A DNA stretch of 36,531 nt from Chrysochromulina tobinii (Eukaryota): contig JWZX01002296.1 in NCBI GenBank assembly GCA_001275005.1, positions 1-36,531 of the forward strand, written 5' to 3'. The notes below the pieces were generated by a model. The model searched no databases. It saw nothing but the letters and a program-made list of their open reading frames with translations, and had not been told where the DNA came from. Numbering within the stretch: position 1 is the stretch's first letter; each line of letters opens with the position of its first letter. Shown in pieces: positions 28,680 through 36,531 of this stretch. The position numbers and the translations under genes were made by a program.

Positions 28680-30299
28680 ATGCTCTTTGCCGTCCTCGCG
28701 TGTGTTGGCGCAACAATCTCGACGCCTCCGATCGCGTGGACAATCGCTGGGTCCGATGCAGGTGGCGGCGCGGGCATCCAGGCGGACCTGGCGGCCTTTC
28801 GCGCGCTTGGCGTCCACGGCTGCTCCGCAATCACCGCACTCACAGCGCAGAACAGCGTGGAGGTGCGCATGGTCGAGTACCCGTCGATCGAGATGCTGCG
28901 CACGACGCTGGCTGCGCTGCGTGACGACCTCCCGGCTGGTGCGATTAAGATTGGTATGACCGGGCGCGAGTGGGTCATCCGCGAGGTCGCCGACTTCCTC
29001 ACTTCATACAAGGGTCCCGTGGTGTGCGACCCGGTGATGGTGAGCACGAGCGGCAGGCGCCTGCTGGATGCGGACGCAAGCGCTGCGCTCATCTCGAAGC
29101 TCTTCCCGCGATGCGCTCTGATCACACCCAACCTGCCCGAGGCCGAGGCGTTGCTTGGGCGGAAGCTGCGCACGCCGGCAGAGGTCGAGGAGGCGGCGGC
29201 CGCACTACTCGGCATGGGATGCGGTGCGGTGCTGATCAAGGGCGGGCACATGCACGAGGCTGAGGTGTGCAGCAGCGGCACCGGCCTCGGCGATCGCGGC
29301 GGCGAGGGCGGCAGCGGCGGCGAGGGCAGCGGCGGCGAGGGCAGCGGCGGCGAGGCCAGCGGCGCGCTCGCGCAAGACTATTATAGCGACGGCGCGACCC
29401 ACTGCTGGCTGAGCTCAGCGCGCCTGCCCACCCGCCACACACACGGCACTGGGTGCACCCTCTCCGCCGCTACCGCAGCCTTCCTAGCCCGAGGCCTTCC
29501 GATGCTCGATGCCCTGGTCCTCGGTAAGGCGTACGTGACGCAGGGCATCGCAGCCGCAGGGCCACTTGGGGCGGGACCTGGGCCCGTCGCACATACTGGT
29601 TGGCCCTCGCAGTCCGAGGCGATGCCCTGGCTGAGCACGAGTGCTCACCTCGGTGCGCATCCGCCGCGCTTCGTCCCATGCGAGCCCTCGGAGCTACGAG
29701 GAGTCTTGCCGGTGGTCGAGAGCGTCGCCCTGGTCGCCGAGGTGGTGGCGGCGGGCGCGCGCCACGTACAACTCCGGCTCAAGGATCTATCCGAGGCGGA
29801 GATTGGCGTCGCCGTGGCCGCCGCACAGGCCGTGTGCGCCCAGTACGGCGCGAGGCTCTGGGTGAACGACCACTGGCGCGCCGCCGTCGCGCATGGCGCG
29901 TACGGCGTGCACGTCGGCCAGGAAGACCTCGCGGCGATGGGTGCGCCCAGTGTGGCGGCGCTGGCGGCGTCTGGGCTGCGGCTGGGCGTCTCGACACATT
30001 CGTACGCGGAGCTCGCTACGGCGCTCGGCGTGCGCCCCTCGTACATCTCTCTCGGCCCCATTTATGCGACAGCCTCGAAGGATGTCTCCAAGTGGGGCGA
30101 GCAGGGGCTCGAGCGAATTGCCTCGTGGCGACGGCTAGTGCCTGCCCATGTGCCGCTCATTGCCATTGGCGGCATCTCGATCGAGCGCGCGCCCGGGGTG
30201 CTCGCGGCCGGCGCGGAAGGGATCGCGGTCATCAGCGCCATCACCAAGGCCACCGACCGAGCCGCCGCCGTGCGCGAGTGGCAGGCGCTGTGGGGATGA
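28680..30299 (+). CDS. thiDE: Bifunctional HMP(-P) kinase / thiamine-phosphate synthase (ThiD-ThiE fusion), probable signal peptide
   Basis: ThiD part: WTIAGSDAGGGAGIQADL, TAQNS, CDPVMVSTSG, ITPNLPEA, LIKGGH, HTHGTGCTLS. ThiE part: VQLRLK, VNDHW, GVHVGQEDL, LGVSTHS, IAIGGI. Confidence 0.93.
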   Translation: MLFAVLACVGATISTPPIAWTIAGSDAGGGAGIQADLAAFRALGVHGCSAITALTAQNSVEVRMVEYPSIEMLRTTLAALRDDLPAGAIKIGMTGREWVIREVADFLTSYKGPVVCDPVMVSTSGRRLLDADASAALISKLFPRCALITPNLPEAEALLGRKLRTPAEVEEAAAALLGMGCGAVLIKGGHMHEAEVCSSGTGLGDRGGEGGSGGEGSGGEGSGGEASGALAQDYYSDGATHCWLSSARLPTRHTHGTGCTLSAATAAFLARGLPMLDALVLGKAYVTQGIAAAGPLGAGPGPVAHTGWPSQSEAMPWLSTSAHLGAHPPRFVPCEPSELRGVLPVVESVALVAEVVAAGARHVQLRLKDLSEAEIGVAVAAAQAVCAQYGARLWVNDHWRAAVAHGAYGVHVGQEDLAAMGAPSVAALAASGLRLGVSTHSYAELATALGVRPSYISLGPIYATASKDVSKWGEQGLERIASWRRLVPAHVPLIAIGGISIERAPGVLAAGAEGIAVISAITKATDRAAAVREWQALWG

Positions 30300-30932
30300 C
30301 GGAGCCGGCCAGGCGGCGGACGCGGAGCGCGGGAGGACCCCGTTTGAAGAGGGGAAACCGTGTGTGGCTGCGGTGCCGCCACAACACAACAGAGCATCGT
30401 GATTGTTGTCATCCGGATGGTTCAACCGTTCCGCTTCCGGATGAAAACTCTAAACGGACAGAGAGTCACGGACGTACGCGTATTCGATATTTTTTTTTTG
30501 AATTGTCGAGGTTCGCGGCGGAGGCGAATACCGCGGAACATTGAAAACACGGCTTTAACCGTAAACTGACCTTTCAATTGTGACCTTTATTTGACAATTC
30601 ACAAGACCACACGCCGCAACGAGAACGACTCGAGATGAACGTTTACGTAGTTAATTGAGTTGTCGTGACCAATTGGTCGTGACCTCGGCTGTACTGTGTG
30701 TGTCCTTGATGTGTGTTCATGTTCTTACATCGCTTCTGTGGTTCTGAAGATATCCGACTGAACTCGATCTCTCTCGCCCCGGGAGTTCTCGTCGAACAGC
30801 AGCCAGCACGGCCCCCTGAAGCCACGGGCGAGGGGCCTTACAAGTACATGTACAATGTAGTGGGGGCCAAAAGGGCCCGGTAAACTGCAGTTGCCGGGTT
30901 TAGCCGGCCGCTCGAGCACGGGAACAGGCCCG

Positions 30933-31784
30933 ATGGCGGCCTCAATTCGTTCGCCACGATCCACGCTCGCATCGATCCACGGCGTGCATCCCGCGCCACG
31001 GCAGCGTCGCGTCAGCAAAGACCCCACACTCGTGCCGCTGACCGCACCCGTTCCTTGCCCGACGCCCGCATCGCCAGCGGCTGCCTCAAGAGCGCCCGTC
31101 GCACCTAACGTAGCCGCCGCCGCCGCGCTCAGCGACCTCAAGAGCCTCGCGGCCAGCTTTCCGAATCCGAAAGCGAAGGGCCTCACGCCCTCGCTGGCGC
31201 GCGGCGCTCGCGCACGCGCCGCCCTGGCCACCTCAATGAAGCCGGCCGTTCACCCACGGCTACCCTCAAGGCGGCAGCCGGTGAGCGGCGATCTGACGAG
31301 TGTCGAGGAGCCACCGTCGGCGCTTCGCCAGCAGCTCGCGCGCTCGATTGCCTCCTCGGACAAGCTCATGGACGAGATGCGCCAAATGTCGAAGCGCGTC
31401 GACCCCGCTGAGTTGCTGCTGCAGGTACCGACGCGTTACCTGCTCGTGGGCACTTGCGACAGCCGGTTCGCGGGCGTGGCCAAGTTTCTGCCCACCAAGA
31501 TCGTCTACGCTTTCGAACATCCGGAGCACCGCAAGGTCGAGATGCATATGGCCTACGAACACATGCGCGGCGTGCTCCCGCGCCTTGGAGGCGGCGGCGG
31601 CGCACCGGGCGAACTTCGGTTTCGTATCGTGAATCCGCTCGCGTACTTTTCGCGCGAGTACGACCACACGAACGAGGCGCACGACCTGCGCATCGGCTTC
31701 GAGTCCGTCGCCGACTACAGGCGCTTCGAGGCCAAGGTGCTGCCGCACGTGAACGCCGGCTGCGGCTCCCTAGCCGAGACCTGA
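30933..31784 (+). CDS. Hypothetical protein (disordered N-terminus, beta-rich, possibly PH-like C-terminal domain)
   Basis: Codon-biased ORF. The C-terminal ~110 aa show alternating strands ending in a helix (SVADYRRFEAKVLP). Confidence 0.65.
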   Translation: MAASIRSPRSTLASIHGVHPAPRQRRVSKDPTLVPLTAPVPCPTPASPAAASRAPVAPNVAAAAALSDLKSLAASFPNPKAKGLTPSLARGARARAALATSMKPAVHPRLPSRRQPVSGDLTSVEEPPSALRQQLARSIASSDKLMDEMRQMSKRVDPAELLLQVPTRYLLVGTCDSRFAGVAKFLPTKIVYAFEHPEHRKVEMHMAYEHMRGVLPRLGGGGGAPGELRFRIVNPLAYFSREYDHTNEAHDLRIGFESVADYRRFEAKVLPHVNAGCGSLAET

Positions 31785-32092
31785 CCACGTGCGGCCACGC
31801 CCGCCAGGCTCAGTCTGCACTGCCGAGCTCACAGCTATGTATACTCAGGGATCTAGCGAACGCCGGTGCACAGTAGCACACGGGGACGTAGGTGAATAGT
31901 GCGCGCGGCCGGTAGGGCTGCCGCTCTCTAGGTTCAGCAGGGTGTGTAAGAGGTTTGATACCTATTTGCCTAGCATGTATAACGGCGTCCTCGGACGGAC
32001 GAGAAACAAACGGGGACGAGGGACGAGGGAGAGTTGCTTCTGTCCGCCTGCTGCGTCTCGGCGCGCTTTCCACGGTCTCCGCCACTGCGGTC

Positions 32093-34129
32093 TCAGTCGC
32101 CGTCGCCGCCGCCGTCAGAGGAAAGATTGAGGACGGCCATGAACGCCTCCTGCGGCACGTTGACCTTGCCGATGGCCTTCATGCGCTTCTTGCCCTTGGC
32201 TTGCTTGTTGAGCAGCTTCTTTTTGCGCGAGATGTCGCCCCCGTAGCACTTGGCGAGAACGTCCTTTCGCATGGCCGAGATCGCAGACGAGGCGACAATC
32301 TTCTGCCCGATAGCCGCTTGGATCGGGACTTTGAACTGCTGGCGCGGGATCAGGTCCTTGAGCCGGCGCGTGAGCGCCTTTCCGAGCCGGAACGCGTTGT
32401 CGCGGTGCACGATGTTAGCGAGCGGCGCCGCGTCCTCGCCGTTGATCAGGATGTCAAGGCGCACGAGGTCGCTCACCCGGTACTCAGTGATAGAATACTC
32501 CATCGAGGCGTAGCCCTTCGATCGACTCTTCATCTGGTCGAAGAAGTCCGTGATGACCTCCGCGAGCGGCAGATCGTACTTAATGGAGACACGCCGCTCG
32601 GTCATGAACTTCATGTCCTTGTACTCGCCCCGACGATCCTGGGCAAGTTCCATGAGCGCCCCAGCATACTCCTTGGGCGCGAACATCTCCATCGCGACGT
32701 ACGGCTCGGAGACACTGAGCCGCTGATCAGAGTCCACGAGCTTCGAAGGCGCATCCACGTTGACCATGCTCCCATCATTGAGCTCGCACTTGTAGACCAC
32801 CGACGGCGCTGTCACGATCAAGTCGAGGTCGTACTCTCGCTCGAGGCGCTCCTGGATGATCTCCATGTGAAGCAGCCCGAGGAAGCCGCATCGGAAGCCA
32901 AATCCCATGGCGGAGGAGGTCTCGGGCTCGAAGCACAGAGCGGCATCGTTGAGCTGCAGCCGCTCGAGCGACTCGCGCAGTAGGGGATACTGGGTCGCTT
33001 CCACTGGGAACAGCCCGCAGTAGACGACGGGGACAGGCTCAGAATAGCCGTCAAGGGGCCGCACCTCCGACTCGGCCGCCTCGCGTACGTTGACGATGGT
33101 GTCACCTACCCGAGCGTCGTTGATCGACTTGATCCCCGCGTGCATGTACCCCACCTCTCCCGCGCGCAGCACGTCCACCGGCTTCTCCTTCCCAGGTGCG
33201 AGCGTGCCCACCTCGATCACCTCGTACTCCACGCCGCTCGCCGCAAAGCGAACCTTGTCACCCTTGCGCATCTGGCCGTCGACGATGCGGAAGAAGAGGA
33301 TCACGCCGCGGTACGAGTCGTAGTACGAGTCAAAGATGAGCGCACGCAGCGGCTCGTCGATCGTCGCGTGAGGCGCCGGTAGATCCGTCACGATCCTCTC
33401 GAGGATTTCTTCAATGCCGATGCCCATCTTCGCCGAGCATGGGATGGCTCCGGAGCAGTCGAGGCCAATGGTGGACTCAACCTCCTTGGCTGTCGCGTCG
33501 AGATCGGCGCCGGGCAGGTCGATCTTGTTCAGCACCGGCAGGATCTCGAGGTTGTTATCCATCGCCAGGAAGACGTTGGCGATCGTCTGAGCCTCTACAC
33601 CCTGACTAGCGTCCACCACGAGAAGTGCGCCCTCGCACGCGGCGAGCGAGCGGCTCACCTCGTACGTAAAATCGACGTGACCGGGCGTGTCAATGAGGTT
33701 GAGCACGTACCACTTGCCGTCTTTCGCAAGGTAGTTCATGCGCACCGCCTGCAGCTTGATCGTGATGCCGCGCTCACGCTCAATGTCCATGTTGTCAAGC
33801 AGCTGCGCCTGCATCTCGCGGACCTCGACCGTTTTGGTCGTCTGCAGCAGCCGATCGGCGAGCGTCGACTTGCCGTGGTCGATGTGCGCGATGATGCAAA
33901 AGTTGCGTATCCGCGATGGGTCGTACACGCCAAAGCCCGCATTGCGCAGCTGCTCTTCGGCGCTCACAGCGGCGGCTGGCACTCGCGCTCGCCCACGCAC
34001 CGCTGCCGCTGCGGACGCACGCCAAGGCGCTGCGACCGCGCACGGCCGCAGGCTGTGCATCGTCGGCAGCACGGAGCTCAACAGCAGCAACAGTAATGGC
34101 GCTGGGCCATTTCTACGCGAGATCGCCAT
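32093..34129 (-). CDS. lepA: Translation factor LepA/EF-4 (GUF1), plastid type
   Basis: [89 protein letters not shown]. Signal plus transit peptide from ATG 34129. Confidence 0.96.
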   Translation of the reverse strand: MAISRRNGPAPLLLLLLSSVLPTMHSLRPCAVAAPWRASAAAAVRGRARVPAAAVSAEEQLRNAGFGVYDPSRIRNFCIIAHIDHGKSTLADRLLQTTKTVEVREMQAQLLDNMDIERERGITIKLQAVRMNYLAKDGKWYVLNLIDTPGHVDFTYEVSRSLAACEGALLVVDASQGVEAQTIANVFLAMDNNLEILPVLNKIDLPGADLDATAKEVESTIGLDCSGAIPCSAKMGIGIEEILERIVTDLPAPHATIDEPLRALIFDSYYDSYRGVILFFRIVDGQMRKGDKVRFAASGVEYEVIEVGTLAPGKEKPVDVLRAGEVGYMHAGIKSINDARVGDTIVNVREAAESEVRPLDGYSEPVPVVYCGLFPVEATQYPLLRESLERLQLNDAALCFEPETSSAMGFGFRCGFLGLLHMEIIQERLEREYDLDLIVTAPSVVYKCELNDGSMVNVDAPSKLVDSDQRLSVSEPYVAMEMFAPKEYAGALMELAQDRRGEYKDMKFMTERRVSIKYDLPLAEVITDFFDQMKSRSKGYASMEYSITEYRVSDLVRLDILINGEDAAPLANIVHRDNAFRLGKALTRRLKDLIPRQQFKVPIQAAIGQKIVASSAISAMRKDVLAKCYGGDISRKKKLLNKQAKGKKRMKAIGKVNVPQEAFMAVLNLSSDGGGDGD

Positions 34130-34973
34130 GGGAAAACAATTCGCCTTCACACGAGGGACCTGAGGGGGGGGGGGGCTGAGCTTCCAGGTCAAGTGTGAAC
34201 GCGTGTGTGAACGTGCCATCATAGGGAGCCATCTGGAAATATGCCGCATTTGCGGTTACGTTTCATTCAAGCGTATGCCATGTGACGTTCTGAAGGGCAA
34301 TCTCGACATGGGGTGTCTAAGAGTTTCGCGAAATTTAGAGAAAAATTTGGCATTAATTGGCAGAGGTGCCGCAGGCGCCGAAATTTTTCGAAATTTGCCA
34401 CACACCGCTCTCGCTCAAGTACAACGAGCGTGCTGTTGGCTGAACCTGAACCTCAATTCAACGTTTCAACCCCGGGGCGAGCGTAACAAAGGCTTTCAGA
34501 ATCCCCCCCTCACAGAGCCAGGTCAGAGCCGGGTACTGACGTACTGTAATGGTCTGGTAAAATAGTGACATTGTTATAGTGTGTGCCGCGCTGAGTCGTG
34601 AGTGCGTGTGGGTGGGGTTCTGCGTATTGCTCACCGCAGTACGAATTGATCCGAAGAGGGGTGAAATCCACGAAATTTGCCATAGCTGGAGCGAACAAGA
34701 GATAAAACGACATTTTAATTTTTATTGAAATTTGACACACACGATTCGAAATTATGGCCTCGAAATTTCCTATGGCAGCCATTCGAAACTCTTAGACACC
34801 CCAAATCTCGACACACACGTCACACGACAGCACGGCTCTCTGACACTATCTCTGAGACACAAAACACGAAGGCGATGGGGTGACCCGCACATCCACATGA
34901 CCGCGGTCGGACCCAATCACCAAACTTAATCTGAAAGTCGCTACCCTCGCTAAAGAGCTCACCCTGCTAGGTG

Positions 34974-36326
34974 CTACCCCAAACCCGAACCCGAATCCGA
35001 ACCCGAACCTAAACGCCCCTCAGCGCCAACTCGAGCCCTCCTACCGGGCGGCAGCTTCACTGGGGCCGGTAGGTCGACATCCAAGACCAAGTCGTTGTTC
35101 CCTGGCGCACGTCCCTCGGCCATCTCGGCACTCGCGACTTCGTCGGATGACTTGGGGCGCACCAGGTAGAGGCCGTAGACGACCAGGGCGAGCCCGAAGA
35201 GGTAGAAGAACCAGGATCCGCCCAAGAGGGGACCGAGGTGCACGTGTTCGAACTCGTGGAAGAAGATGCCGCCTGCGATGCCGCCCCAGACGATGAAGTT
35301 GGCCTGCATGAGCGGAATGATGAAGAGTGGCTCGTACATGCCGAGGGACTGCGTGAGGCGGAAGAACCAAAAGAGCCCGAAGCCGCACACGAGCGCCGCC
35401 TCCACCCAAAAGAACCAGCCGGCGATCGTGAGCGTCTCGCCGCGCGCCATGAGCTCGATCAGCTCGGCAAGGCACTTGCTCTGCACGATCATCTGCGAGC
35501 CGCCGAGCAGCGTAGAAGGGATGGCGTACAGTACCGGTAGATAGACCTCCGCGTCCTTCACCGGGAGCCCCGCCGCCCGCCGCGCCCAAAGGCGCTTGTG
35601 CGCGACGAGGGCGGCGGCGGAGATGCCGAACGTCATCGCCAAAAAGATCCACCAGCCCCAACCATCGGTGAAGGTCCAATACTTGATGAGCTCCTCCTCG
35701 GTGAAGCAGAAGTTACTGCTCTCACCAAAGTAGACGGCCAGTGCGACGCCCACCACCATCGCGAACACGCCAAGTAGCATGCGCGTCGGCACCTCCACCT
35801 TGCGCACGAACTTGCCAAAGGCTACGTTGGAGATGAACTGCACAGCCTCGAGTGGCACCAGGATGGAGGCCGGCGCGAGCGTCAGCGCCGCAAAGTTGAT
35901 CATCGAGCAGCTGATGAATAGAACGCAGCCGATTGACCAGAGCCTGCTCCGCAATAGCCTGCTGCACATTTGCCTGTCGCCCTCTTTCATCTGCGCGAGT
36001 CCCATCGCCTGCAGATTCTGGCCCGTGTTGATGCCGACACTGCCTGCGTACCATTGAGGGAGGGAGACACGCGCGTTCAGCTGTCGAAGGAGCGGAAGTG
36101 AGCAGGCTGGGCTCCGTGAGGGCCACCAACACTCACCGATGACATGAATTCCAATCCCTAATGCTATCAAAAACATCTCCGCACCATCGTCAGCGTCGCA
36201 TGGACAACCAAACGTGTCCACGGTGGCGTTCTCCCCGAAAAAGATGCACGGGTCTGCGCCGTCTGGGAGCACTCCGGAGCTGGGAGATAGCTGCCTCGGA
36301 TGCCAATAGTGCTGCTGCTGCACCAT
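34974..36326 (-). CDS. NIPA-like Mg2+ transporter (second copy), at least 2 exons
   Basis: A 93-nt intron at 36044-36136 (GTGAGT...CGCAG) restores GIGIHVIG-SVGINTGQNLQ. Further motifs INFAALTLAPASILVPLEAVQFISN, YEPLFIIPLMQ, GGIFFHEF. The 3' end may be spliced differently. Confidence 0.85.
   Translation of the reverse strand: MVQQQHYWHPRQLSPSSGVLPDGADPCIFFGENATVDTFGCPCDADDGAEMFLIALGIGIHVIGECWWPSRSPACSLPLLRQLNARVSLPQWYAGSVGINTGQNLQAMGLAQMKEGDRQMCSRLLRSRLWSIGCVLFISCSMINFAALTLAPASILVPLEAVQFISNVAFGKFVRKVEVPTRMLLGVFAMVVGVALAVYFGESSNFCFTEEELIKYWTFTDGWGWWIFLAMTFGISAAALVAHKRLWARRAAGLPVKDAEVYLPVLYAIPSTLLGGSQMIVQSKCLAELIELMARGETLTIAGWFFWVEAALVCGFGLFWFFRLTQSLGMYEPLFIIPLMQANFIVWGGIAGGIFFHEFEHVHLGPLLGGSWFFYLFGLALVVYGLYLVRPKSSDEVASAEMAEGRAPGNNDLVLDVDLPAPVKLPPGRRARVGAEGRLGSGSDSGSGLG
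34978..35012. repeat. Degenerate (CCCGAA/CCCAAA) hexamer repeat
   Basis: cccaaacccgaacccgaatccgaacccgaacctaa. Confidence 0.8.
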
Positions 36327-36531
36327 GGCAGGGGCTTCCTTTTGGACGCCTGCAGTCGGACCGAACGGAGGCAGCCTGGGTGCCGAGCTCCCTCGCGATC
36401 AAACTCGGTCCCGGACCAGCACCAAAAAGTCCTTTCTCGGTAACTTAAAGGCGCCCTGAGAACTTCAGGGTTTTTTGGTCCGTTTTCCCATGGGAAAGGA
36501 CGCGTCCTTTCCCGTTCAGCCCGTGCTGTCG

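Noticed and set aside
28076..30600. TPP riboswitch near thiDE
   Set aside because: No CUGAGA ... CCUGA ... AAU ... GCGxAGGGA aptamer pattern was found by eye upstream or downstream. An Infernal scan with the Rfam TPP model would be definitive.
34931..35044. GSGSDSGSG C-terminal tail of the NIPA protein, or a telomere
   Set aside because: The hexamer repeat probably lies in an intron (GTAGGA donor at 35044; candidate acceptor TTTCAG at 34931 giving ...LPPD*). It is short, degenerate and internal, so not a telomere.

Overview
GC-rich, gene-dense eukaryotic nuclear DNA with short GT-AG introns. Bipartite plastid-targeting peptides, VDE/ZEP, axonemal genes and the intron style suggest a flagellated alga with a complex red plastid, probably a haptophyte (inference). 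About 19 protein genes are supported: a PX-IQ-TM protein, four SAM-dependent methyltransferases (uncharacterised class I, METTL21-like, FkbM, TylF), a Tat-targeted lumenal protein made of two repeats, centrin, USP5/UBP14 (one apparent +1 frameshift), a SOS1-type Na+/H+ antiporter, plastid RluD, zeaxanthin epoxidase, violaxanthin de-epoxidase, two NIPA-like transporters, a Pro-stalked membrane protein, an NWE-motif axonemal protein, a ThiD-ThiE fusion, a hypothetical protein and plastid LepA. The most notable observations are: (1) a co-oriented VDE-TylF-ZEP cluster holding both xanthophyll-cycle enzymes; (2) a VDE intron containing a duplicate of its own exon end and donor site; (3) a dispersed ~240 bp multi-hairpin element with a (TGAC)-type tail, found upstream of two genes; (4) a membrane-anchored domain with an H...STS...YNE pattern resembling ADP-ribosyltransferases; (5) a SAM-like domain fused to RluD; (6) a foldback palindrome between VDE and TylF. 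No tRNA, rRNA, CRISPR or autonomous transposon was recognised.
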